From: Scenedesmus sp. PABB004
Taxonomy: Eukaryota
Length of the DNA: 64,000 nt
Assembly: GCA_014905635.1 (NCBI GenBank)
Contig: JABVCE010000002.1
Span: 1,302,001 to 1,366,000 of the forward strand
Direction: 5' to 3'
Below are positions 37,060 through 47,355 of the stretch, in pieces (position 1 is the stretch's first letter; each line of letters begins with the position of its first letter). Below the pieces are notes generated by a model, which searched no databases, was not told the DNA's origin, and worked only from the letters and a program-made list of their open reading frames with translations. A program made the position numbers and the translations under genes.

Positions 37060-39166
37060 TGGGTCGCGGCGGGCCCCGCGGGCACGTGTGCCTCGCGCAC
37101 AGCGTGCGACGCGCTGCGCGGGCCGGCCGGGCGGGCGCGGCCGGGCGCGGCCGCCGCTGGCGCCGGCGCCGCGTGCTCTTGACGCACGCGCAGGATCTCA
37201 ACGTGCCCCACGTGGAAGACGTCAAACGCGCCGTCGATGTAGACGATCGTCGCGCCCTCGGGCGGGAACTTGCCCTCGCTGAACTGCACCAGCCGCCGGC
37301 TCGTCGGCAGGAAGCGCGACACGCCTGCGCGCGCCGGGCGGCGCGCGGCGCGTCGGGCGCGCCCGGCGGGACGGGCAGCGACGGCGAGCTGCCGCGGGAC
37401 GGGCAGTGACGGCGGGCGCGCGGCGCCCGCGCCACGCACCGACGCGCAGGTCGCGCGGCACGGGCTGCGCCGCCGCCGCGGACGCGGCCGCCGCGGCGGA
37501 CGTCGAGCTGCTCGCCTCGTCGCCGCTGCTGGTGGGCCCGCTGAAGCTGCCGCCGCCGCCGCCGCCGCCGCTGGACGACGGGGCGGGGCTCTCGCCGCGC
37601 CCGCCGGGGCCGCCGTGGCTGAAGGACCGCGTGAGCGGGTGCACCTGCGCGCGCGGGCAGGGGCCCGGGCTCGGGCTCGAACCGGCGCCGGCGGGCCGCT
37701 GAGGAGGGCCCGGCCGCCCGCGCCGCCCCGGCCTCGTGCCGCCCCGCCCCGCCACGCCCTGCGCCGCGCCGCGCCTGGTCTGCCTCCTTGTTCATGTGTG
37801 GGTTGACGCGCGTGCAGGTGAGCATGCGGCCGACGATGTCGGTCGTGCTCACGCCCTCCGTGCGCTTGATCTGCGCGGCCACGCGGCGACGCGGCGCCGC
37901 CCCCGCCGCCGCGTCAGCGCGCCGCGCGCCCGGCCGGCGCCGCGCGGCCGCGCCCCGGTGGGTGCCCGCAGCGCCGTGCGGCGGTGTGCGCGGCGCGCAC
38001 CATCTTGAATCGCCCGCGCTTCTTGGCGTACGCGTACGCGTCGGTGCCGTCTGGCAGGAGGCAGGGGTCGTCGCCGTGGATGATGACGTCGACCTTGTGC
38101 TTCGTGAACAGCTGCTCCACAAACTCGGGGCTCAGGTCGTACGGCACGCCTGCGCCGCGGCGGCGGGCAGCGGGCGCGGTGGGCGCGGTGGGCGCGGTGG
38201 GCGCGGTGGGCGCGGTGGGCGCGGCGCGCGGGGCCTCTCGCAACCGCGCGGCGCCCCGCCCCGCCCGTCCTGTCTTTGCGCGGCGCGACGCGCGCGCTCC
38301 GCCCTGCCGGGGGCGGGCTGCGCCGCCGCCTGCCTGGCACGAGGCCGTGCGGCGGTGAGCTGCTCTCACCCGTGAGCACCTCGTCGACCCACTTGACGTT
38401 GTCGACCAGCAGGTAGCGCTCGCGCTCGTTGAGCACGGGCGGGCCCTTGCAGCGCAGGATCTCGCTGTCCGGGATGAGGCCCACCACCAGCACGTCGCCC
38501 AGCGCCTTGGCCTGCGCGGCGCGGCATGCGGTGCGCGGTGCGCGGTGTGCGGCACGCAGCGCGCGGTGTGCGGCGTGCGGCGCGCACGCGGCGCGCGGTG
38601 CGGTGCGTGCGCGCCGCGCCGCGCGTCGAGGGCGTGCCTGGCGCAGCGCGTTGGCGTGGCCGTAGTGCATCATGTCAAAGCAGCCGTCCATGTACACGCG
38701 CACCGGGCGCCGGCCTGCGCGCCGGCGCCGCGCGGCGCCGCGGCGCGGAGCCGTGGCGCGCCCGCCGGCGGGCGGCGGCGCGCGGCCGGGCTGCCAGCGG
38801 CGCGCGCCCGCGCCGGCGCGAGGCGCTGCCGCCCCGCACTCACTGCGGCGGCGCTGGGAGTAGTCATCCAGCACGTGCGCCATCCAGCCCGTGATGGTGC
38901 CGGGGCGGTACTGGTACTGCGCGCGCGGGCGGGCCGCGGGGGGCGTCGGCTGCCGCGCGCGAGCGACGGCCCCGCGTGCGCGCTCGCTGCCTGCGCCCCG
39001 CCCCGCCCCCCGCCGATGCCGGGCGCCGACCGACCTGGTACGGGACCCACGACTCCAGCGCGCGCTTGGCCGCCCACCACGCCGCGCCGACCGCCACCAG
39101 CCCGCTCGCGCCAAGCGCCAGCAGCTGCGCGCGCTCCCGCGCCGCCGCGCGCTGCTCCGCGGCCAT
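36334..39166 (-). CDS. PECT1: Ethanolamine-phosphate cytidylyltransferase (11 exons)
   Basis: N-terminal TM; two cytidylyltransferase domains: VYMDGCFDMMHYGHANALRQ...HGDDPC...KRTEGVSTTDIVGRML and YIDGAFDVFHVGH...PIMNVHERALSVLACKYVDEV; TGTAAC at 36295-36300. Confidence 0.96.
38172..38222 (+). repeat. 9-mer tandem repeat (GGGCGCGGT) x ~5 in a PECT1 intron
   Basis: Seen directly. Confidence 0.85.
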
Positions 39167-40475
39167 GGCTGGCGGCGCGCCGCGCGCTGGTGTGCCGCCG
39201 GCGCCGCCAAGCGCGGCGGCGGCGCTCCCGCGCGGCGACGGACGGCGAAGCTGTCAGGCGCGGACGCGCAGGGGCAGGGGCCTGCGGCGGCGGCGACGGC
39301 GCGGCGCGTGGGCGGCAGCGGCGCGGCGCGCAGCAGCGGCGCCGCTGCGCGGCCGCGGCCCCGGCGTGCGGCCGGCGGCGTCCCCGGCGAGCGCGCGCTG
39401 ACGTCGCCCCGGATCGGCGGTCGCCGCGCGGGCTGGCGCATGCTGCAGCGCGCAGGGGCTGGCGCAGGCCGCTCGCATGCGCAGCGAGCTCTCACCCGCG
39501 CCGCCCGGCGCGATGCAGCGCCAGGAGACGGCCGCCCGGCGCCTGTTGCGGCTCAGGAAGCCGGAACAGCAGCCCGAGCGAGCGCAGCGGGGCGTGGGCG
39601 CACACAGTCAGGCGCAGCCCGCATGCCGCTCAACGTGATGCGGGCTGGGCTCGGGAGATGCCGCGTGTGGGCCGACGTTGAGCAGGTCTGGGCGAGGCCG
39701 CAACGCGTGGCGGCCGTCGGCGGCGCGGCGGCGCGACGCGGCGCGGCGCGGCGCGGGGCACAGCGCCGGGGCGGGCGGGCGCGGCGACCGCCGTCGCGAA
39801 GCGCGCGCGCCGGGCGCGGTGGCGAGTCGGCACCGCCGATCCAGCGTGATGTGGTCCGCTGGTGCAGGCGCCGGGCGCCGGGCGTCGGCGGCGCCGACCC
39901 GCCGCCCGCCACGCGCCGCGCGCGGTCGCTGCCGCCGCCATCGCCGACGCAACCTCAGGTCTTTCGGAGCTCTCACAGTTCGCCACGCTGTGTAGCGCGG
40001 CGCGAGCTCGACAGTTAATGCGCCTGCACGGTTCTTAGACACGCCCCGCCCAACGCGCCCCCCACGCCCCCCGCCCGCCCCTCCCACACTGCTGTCTTGC
40101 CCGTTAACACCTCCTCAGCATCGCCACGCCCCGCCGCGCGCCGCACCGGGCCGGCCAGCCGCAGCGACCCGCGGACCCGCGCGCCAGCGCCGTCGCGCGC
40201 GCCCCTCGATTCATCGCCGCCGCCGTCTCGGTGCGGCGCGTGCGAGCGCGGCCGGGCGCGGCGGCACCTGCCCGCGGCTGGCGCTGCGGCCTCGCAGCCG
40301 GCTGCGCTGCCCGGGCGCCGGCGCGGGCTGAAGGGGTGTCCCGGCGGACCGTGCAGCTGCACGGCGCGCCAGCGCGGCGCGACGCGCCGAGGACGCGCCG
40401 CAGTCGCCGCTCGCGCGCGCGCCAACAGCTGCGCCGCGTCGCCGCCGCCGCAGGCCCTCCCGCCCGCCCGGCACC

Positions 40476-43254
40476 ATGCATCTCGTCGACTTTTACAACT
40501 TCAAGCCCCCCGCGGACCTCATCGTCGTGCGCGATGAGTCGCAGGCGATGCGCGTGCAGGCGGCCAAGACGAGCCTGGTGCGGCGCGCGCGGGTCGCGCA
40601 GCACGCGCCGCGCCGGGCGCCGCGCCTCGAGCCGCCCGCCGCAAACCGCCCGCCGCCGCCGCCGCCGCCTGCCCGCGCGCCGCGCTGCGCGCAGGAGTTC
40701 CGGCGTAACGCGTTCAACACCGACAGCGTGGACGAGGCGCTCGACACGCTCGACTTTTGCTACAAGATCGTCTCCCGCAGCGGCCTGAGCGACAACGGGA
40801 CCTACCTGCCCAAGGCCATCCACCCCAAGGTGGGCGGTGGACGCGCGGCGCGCGGGCAGGCGGGGAGGGCAGGCCTGCCGCGCCCCCGCGCGCCCGCGTC
40901 AGGCTGGCGCGCGCGGGGGAGCGGGAGGGGCCGTCGGCCGCGAGCGCAGCGGCGGCGGCCGCCGGCGGGGGCAGGAGGGCGCCGCCCAGCGCGCTCACGC
41001 GCTCCCCGCCCCGCTCCCCGCCGCCCTGCCCGCTCGTCCGGGCAGTACAACTGCATCGCGCCCAAGACCTCCATCGACGACGCCATGGAGGAGGCGCGCA
41101 TGGTCATCTGCGGCGCCATCGACGGCCTGCTCAAGAAGCAGGGTGCGCGCCGCGCGCCGCCCGCGTGCGCCCCGCCCCGCCCCGCCCGCCCGCCCCGCGC
41201 CGCCCCGCCAGCCTGTGGGGCGCCGTGCGCGCGGCACCCGACCCCGCGCGCCGCCGCGCCCCGCCAGGCCTGGCGGCCAAGGACATCGACGTGCTCATCA
41301 CGACCTGCAGCGTCTTCTGCCCCACGCCCAGCCTGGCGAGCCTGGTGGTCAACCACTTTGGCATGCGCCCCGACGTGCAGAGCTACCACCTCGGCGGCAT
41401 GGGCTGCTCCAACGGCGTCGTCGCGGTCAACCTGGTCAACGACATCCTCGGGGTGCGCGCCGCGCCGCCGCTGCCCCACGCGCTGCTGCACGCGCGCCGC
41501 TGCGCGACGCAGCCAGGCGCGCGCGCGGCGGCCCGCCCGCCCCCCGGCCCGGCGCCGGCGGCGAGAGCCCGCGCCCCGCGCCGGTCGCAGTCGCGGCGCA
41601 ACGTCAACGCGATCCTGCTGACCACCGAGATCACCACGCCCGCCTTCTACAAGGGCACCGACAAGCACCGCCAGGCGCGCGCGGCGGCCGGCGCTCCCCG
41701 CCCCGCCGCCCCGCCGGCCCGCCGTCTCCCCGGCCGCGCGCCCCGCTCCGGCGCGCCCTCGCCGCGCGCCCACCCAGCGGCCGCCCGCCGACATCCCCGC
41801 CCCCCTCCCAGGTGACCAACATGCTCTTCCGCACCGGCGCCAACGCTGCGCTCTTCAGCAACCGGCGCCGCATGGCGGCGCGCGCCAAGTACGCGCTCAC
41901 GCGCAACGTGCGCGTGCACCTCGCGGCGCGCGACCCCGCGTACAAGTGCATCTGGTGGGGCCCCGACGCGGAGGGCAACAACGGCATCTACCTCGGCAAG
42001 GACGTCGTCAACGAGGCGAGCAGGGGGCTCAGGTGCGCGCCTGCGCGCACCGCCGCGCCGCGCCGCGCGGGCGCGGTCGGCCGCTGGGCGAACGCGCGGC
42101 GGCCGGCGGCGGCCCGCCCACGCGCGCGCGCCGCCCACACGCGCGCGCCGCCCACACGCGCACCCGCCCCCGCGGCGCAGCATGGCCATGTTCAAGGTCG
42201 CGCCGTCCATCCTGAGCGTGGGCCAGATCGCGGCGTACGCGGCGACCGAGGCGTCGCGCCGCCTGCTCGGCAGCAAGGCGCCGCCGTACAAGCCGCGTTT
42301 TGCCGAGTGCGTCGACCACTTCCTCATTCACGCGGGTGCGCCGCCGCGCCGCGCCGCGCTGCGCGGGAGGGCCCTTAACCCTGGCCGCGGCACCCTGCAC
42401 CGCTGGGGCCCGGCCTGGGGCGCGGCCCGCGGGCCGGCCGCGCGCCCGCGGTGCGCCGTGCGGCGCGCGCGCGGCCTGAGCGGCCGCCGCCCGCCGCCGC
42501 GCGCCCGCCTCGCCCCCCACACACGCACGCACGCACGCGCACACGCAGGCGGCGCCAAGGTGCTGGACGGCATCGGCAAGGAGCTGCAGCTCGACGACGC
42601 CGCGCTCGAGCCGAGCCGCGCGGTCCTGCACGACTACGGCAACATCAGCAGCAGCACCACCTGGTACACGCTCGGCTTTGTCGAGAGCGTGCGCGGCGTG
42701 CGGCGCGGCGAGCGGCTGCTGCAGATCGGCGTCGGCAGCGGCATCAAGTGCGGCGTCAACGTGTGGACCGCGCTGCGCGACATCCACGACGTGCAGGCGC
42801 GTTGCAAAGAGGGGGGGGGGGGCGCACGGCGTGTGGGGCCTGCTGGGCGCGACGAGGGCGCGCGCGCGCGCGCCCGGCGGCAGGCCGGCCACGCGCCGAC
42901 GCCGTGCACCGCCGCCGACGACGCTGACGCCGCGCCGCCGCCGCCGCCGCCCCGCAGGACGCGTGGGCGCACCGCGCGACCGACCCGAGCGTGCTGCGCG
43001 CGCGCCGCGGCCGCGCGAGCGCGGTGGCCGCGCTGCTGCGCGTGCTGCTGTTTGCGGTGGTCGCGGCGCTCGCGCTGCACTGGGCGCTCGGCGCGGGGCT
43101 GCTGGCCGAGTACGAGCCGACGCTCGCGCCGCTCGTGGCGCCCGTGGCCAAGGCGCTCGCGCCGGTCGGCGAGGCGCTCGCGCCGCTCGCCGCGCCCGTC
43201 GCGGCGGCGCTGGAGCCCGTGGCGGAGCGGGTCCGGGGCCTGCTGCAGGGCTGA
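40476..43254 (+). CDS. KCS: 3-ketoacyl-CoA synthase (FAE1/KCS, type III condensing fold), 9 exons
   Basis: HLVDFYNFKPP, IDVLITTCSVFCPTPSLAS, HLGGMGCS (Cys), NMLFRTG, HFLIHAGG (His), YGNISSSTTWY (Asn), IGVGSGIKC. Confidence 0.94.
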
Positions 43255-43748
43255 GCGACCGCCGCGGCGGCGGCGGCGGCGACGGCGACGCAGGCGGGCG
43301 GGCGCCGCGCCTGGCGCGCGCGCACGGCAGGACGGGAGACGCGCGACGCGGGCGGCGCAGCAGCAGCTCGGGCGGCGCCCGGGCACCCCGAGGGCGCGCG
43401 CTGACACCGGGACGGAGCGGCCGGCGACGCGGGGCGGGGCGGGCGAGGGGCGGCGGCGGGAACACGGCGCAGTCGTGCGCAGCAGCAGGGCATCGTGGGC
43501 GCGCGCTTGCACATACCTAGACGCGCGCGGCGGCGGCCGCTCCCGGGCGGCCGGGCGCGCGCCGCCGGCGGCAATAAAGGGCTGCTGCGAGCGCAGCGGT
43601 GCGCTTGGGCGCACAGCACAGCACTATCCTCGTCGTCGTCCGCCTGTCACGCTGCACTGCGCAGCAGCAGGCTTGCTGCGCGCGCGCGCGCGGAGGCGCC
43701 GCGCCGGTGCCGGCGGACTGGGCTCGGCGGAGGCCCCGAGCCGCCGCC

Positions 43749-43791
43749 TGTAATCCACTGCCGAGCGTCGCCGCGGCCGTGGCGCGTTACA
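43749..43791. promoter_or_regulatory. Facing UGUAA polyadenylation signals of KCS (+) and the unknown membrane gene (-)
   Basis: TGTAA at 43749-43753 and TTACA at 43787-43791. Confidence 0.7.
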
Positions 43792-43870
43792 CCGCCACCC
43801 GCTGCGCCGTGCGGCGCCCGCCGCCACCACCGCGCGCGTCGCCGCCGACCGCTGCCCGCTGCGCGCGTCG

Positions 43871-45126
43871 TCAGCTCCACTTGAGGAAGAAGGCGAGCAG
43901 GGCCAGCACCTGGTCGCCGCACTTCCAGGCGAGGCCGTAGGCCATGATGACCCACCACTCCATCTGGCCCGGCCCCGGCAGCCGCCCGCCCTGCCACGCG
44001 AGGAGGCAGTAGGGCACGAGCACGCTCCACAGCAGGCTCGCCGGCACGACGACCTGGTAGCACACCGCAAACGCGAGCGGCACGAGCAGCCTGCGCGGCG
44101 GCGGGCCGGTGGCGGCGGGTCGGCGCGGGGTTGGCACAACGCGCGGCGGCAGCGCGCGGCCGGCGGCGGCGCGGCCGGCGGCAGCGGCGGCGGCGCGGCT
44201 GCACGGCGGCGGCGGCAGCGGCGGCGCGCCTGTCCATGGCAAAGACCTCCCAGAACCAGCGCTCGTTCTCGGTGCGGTTGCGGAACGCCCACACGCGCTC
44301 GCCCTCGCTGAGCAGGAAGTGCTCGTAGGCCTGGCTCTCAAACAGCGCGCGCCAGCGCGCCGCCGCGGCCGCGGGGAGCGTGAGCGGCGCGAGCACGAGC
44401 GCGCGGAGCGCGCTGCGCAGCTGGAACACGGTCAGCGCGAGGAGCTTGACGCGCGGGCGGTGCAGCTGCGCCGCCGCGGCCAGCATGTCGCTGACGACCT
44501 GCGGCGCGGGCGCGGCGCGGGCGCGGTCAGCGCGCGCCGGCGGCGGCGGCGGCGGCGGGCGCTGCTGCGGGGGCCGGCGCGCCCCGCTGCGGCCGCCGCG
44601 GAGCGCGCCTGCTTGTCCTGCTCCACCGCCTGCGCCTGCAGGGCTGGGCTCTGGTCCATCTCCTCTACGCTCTTCCGCCTGCGCAGCAGCACGGCGCCGG
44701 CGGGGCAGGGGCCGCGCGCGTGGGCGGCCGCCACCGCCGCCGCCGCCGCCGCGCCATGCCCGCGCTCTGCCGCGCGGCGCCGGCGCGGCGCCGCACCGCG
44801 CCGCCATGCGCGCCTCCTCCAGCCGGTCCTCCTGCAGCTTGATCTGCGCGTCGAGCTTCTTCACGATCTCGGGCGGCTCCTGGCGCTTGCGCGTGAGGTC
44901 CAGGTACTGCCGGCGCTTGCTGAAGAACTCGCGGAACTTGAGCGACCAGTAGGCCGAAAAGTCGGCCTTGCTCGGGTTCTCCCGCTCCGGCGCGGGCTCG
45001 TCCTTGCCCGCGCGCGCGCGCCACCGCGCCGGGCAGCCCGCCGGCGCGCGGGGGCGCGGCGCCGGCGCCGCCGCGGGGCGGCGCGCGCGCGCGCGCGGCC
45101 GGCGGCTGCGCCGCCGCTGCCTGCAT
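43871..45126 (-). CDS. Uncharacterised coiled-coil plus C-terminal multi-TM protein; start uncertain
   Basis: Coding-like exons KADFSAYWSLKFREFFSKRRQYL..., RNRTENERWFWEVFAMD|RLLVPLAFAVCYQVVVPASLLWSVLVPY...EWWVIMAYGLAWK...FFLKWS*; TGTAAC at 43786-43791; the nearest ATG (45126) is out of frame. Confidence 0.7.
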
Positions 45127-45523
45127 GCTGTGCCGCCGCCGCCGCGGCGCGGGCGGGCCGGCGTGAGCTGCGCCCGGGCCTAGCACGCGTCCGGTGGTGC
45201 CAATGGGCGCCCGCCTGGCGGCTGGACCCGCGCTGGCGGGCGGGGGCGGGCGCGGCCGCGAGCAGCAGCAGCCGGGTCGGGCGGTGCGCGTGCGTGCGGT
45301 GCCCGCGCCAGCGTGGCGTGTAGGCGTGTGGGGTGCTGGCGTCACGGCGAACGGGCGGCGCCCGATGACGGGGTGGCGGGGTTTGAGGCTGCACCAGGGC
45401 CCTGCCCGCCGCCGCCGCACGCCCAAAAGCTGCCCGCAGCCGGTGCAGGCGATCCAGAGGTCGGTGACGCGCCCCCACAATCACGCACGGCCACGATAGG
45501 GATCGCCGCCGCGGCCGGCGAGC

Positions 45524-47086
45524 ATGCCCGCCGCGCGGCGCGGGCAGCGCCGGGCAGCGCTGCTGCTTCTGGCGATGCTCGGCCTCGCGCAGCCGGGGCT
45601 GGCCGGCGGGCTGGCAGGCGGGGGGCGCTGCTGCCGGCGTGTTCGCTTCGCAACGTTCAACACCAGCCTCAACCGCGACCGCGCGGGCGCGCTGCTCGCG
45701 GAGCTGGCGCGCGGCGAGAGCGCGCAGGCGGCCAACGTGTCGCACATGCTACAGATCATTAGGCCCGACGTTCTCTTGCTGAACGAGTTTGACTTTGAGC
45801 CCAGCGGCGCGGCGGTCGACGCGTTCCTGGAAAACTTTCTCGCAGTCCCGCAGGCGCCCGGGCTGCGGGCGCTGCGGTACGAGCACACCTTCATCGCGCC
45901 CGTCAACACCGGCGTGCCCAGCGGCCGTGACTGGGACCACGACGGCCGCAGCGAGGGCCCGGAGGACTGCTTCGGCTTTGGGCGGCACCCCGGTGCGCGG
46001 CGCGCGCGCGGGGCTGGCGGCGCCGTCCCGTGCGCGCGTCGCGGACGTCCGTGCATGCGCGCCGCGCGCAGGCCAGTACGGGATGGTGCTGCTGAGCCGC
46101 TTCCCCATCGACGCGGCCGCGGCGCGCACGTTCCAGCACTTCTTGTGGCGGGACATGCCGGGCGCCGCGCTGCCGACCGACCCCGCGACCGGGCAGCCCT
46201 GGTACGACGAGGACGACCTCGCGGTGCGGCGGCGCGCGGCGGCGCGCGGGCCGGCGGCGGCTGCGGCGACGGCGGCTGCGGCGACGGCGGCGCGCGGCGG
46301 CCAGCTGCTGCGCGGCGCTGGCTGAGCGCGGCGCGGCGCGGCGCCGCGCAGGTCTTCCGGCTGTCGAGCAAGAGCCACTGGGATCTGCCGATCGACGTCC
46401 CGTGCGGCCCGCCGCGCGGCGGCGGCGGCGGCGGCGGCGGCGCGCCGACCGCGCGCATGCACATGCTGCTGCACCACCCCACGCCGCCCGCGTTTGACGG
46501 CCCCGAGCGCCGCAACGCGCGCCGCAACCACGACGAGATCAGGCTCTTCAGTGACTACATCGGCTGCGGCGCCGGCGGCGCCGGCGCAGGCGCAGGCGCC
46601 GCCTCGTACATCTACGACGACGCCGGCGCGCGCGGCGGGCTGCCTGCGGGCGCGTCGTTTGTGATCATGGGCGACCACAACGCCGACCCGCGCGACGGCG
46701 CGTCGCACCGGCACGCGATCCGGCAGCTGCTCGACTGCCCCGCCGTGTCGGCGGGCTTCACGCCGACGAGCCCCGGCGGCCGCGAGGCGGGCAACCGGCG
46801 GCGCGGCGACCGCACGCCGCCGGAGACCAAGACGTCCGACTTTGACCTGCGCGTCGACTACGTGCTGCCGTCGGCCGACCTGCGCGTGCTCGGGGGCGCC
46901 GTGTTCTGGCCCGTCCGCGCCGACCCGCGCGCGCGCCTGCTGTCCGCGAGCGACCACCGCCCGGTGCACCTCGACGTCCTCGTCTGCGCCGGCGCCGGCG
47001 GCGGCGCGGACGGCGCCGGCGGCGGCGCGGACGGCCAAGGCGGCGGTGCGCGCGCTGCGCGCGACGCCGGCGCGGCGGCCGTGTGA
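45524..47086 (+). CDS. Secreted endonuclease/exonuclease/phosphatase (EEP) family protein, bacterial type, 3 exons
   Basis: Signal-peptide-like AALLLLAMLGLAQPGLA; RFATFN, PDVLLLNEFD, PVNTG, FGFGRHPGQYGM, RLSSKSHWD, HPTPPAFDGPERRNARRNHDEI, GDHNAD, LRVDYVLPS, SDHRPV. Confidence 0.9.
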   Translation: MPAARRGQRRAALLLLAMLGLAQPGLAGGLAGGGRCCRRVRFATFNTSLNRDRAGALLAELARGESAQAANVSHMLQIIRPDVLLLNEFDFEPSGAAVDAFLENFLAVPQAPGLRALRYEHTFIAPVNTGVPSGRDWDHDGRSEGPEDCFGFGRHPGARRARGAGGAVPCARRGRPCMRAARRPVRDGAAEPLPHRRGRGAHVPALLVAGHAGRRAADRPRDRAALVRRGRPRGAAARGGARAGGGCGDGGCGDGGARRPAAARRWLSAARRGAAQVFRLSSKSHWDLPIDVPCGPPRGGGGGGGGAPTARMHMLLHHPTPPAFDGPERRNARRNHDEIRLFSDYIGCGAGGAGAGAGAASYIYDDAGARGGLPAGASFVIMGDHNADPRDGASHRHAIRQLLDCPAVSAGFTPTSPGGREAGNRRRGDRTPPETKTSDFDLRVDYVLPSADLRVLGGAVFWPVRADPRARLLSASDHRPVHLDVLVCAGAGGGADGAGGGADGQGGGARAARDAGAAAV

Positions 47087-47355
47087 GCGGCGGCCCGCCC
47101 GCTCGGCATCGGCCGTCCCTCGCTTCTCTCTCCGGGGTCCCGGGTCTCCCGGGACTCCCCGCCTTTGGCGCTGGTGCGCAGCGGCCGGCGGCGGTGCAAG
47201 TTACCCTGCAGCGCCCAGCCGGCGCGCAATGAGCCTGCCCGCGGCACTCCCCGGTGGCCACATCGGCGCAACAACCCGCCCGGCATTGCCGCCATCGCCC
47301 GGCGCGCCCGCGCGACCGGCCAAGCCCGCGGCGAGCGCCGCGGCGCCGGTGAGGG

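Noticed and set aside
39167..40475. Hidden gene between PECT1 and KCS
   Set aside because: Only low-complexity ORFs; consistent with promoters, 5' UTRs and probably a KCS 5' UTR intron ending at 40453.
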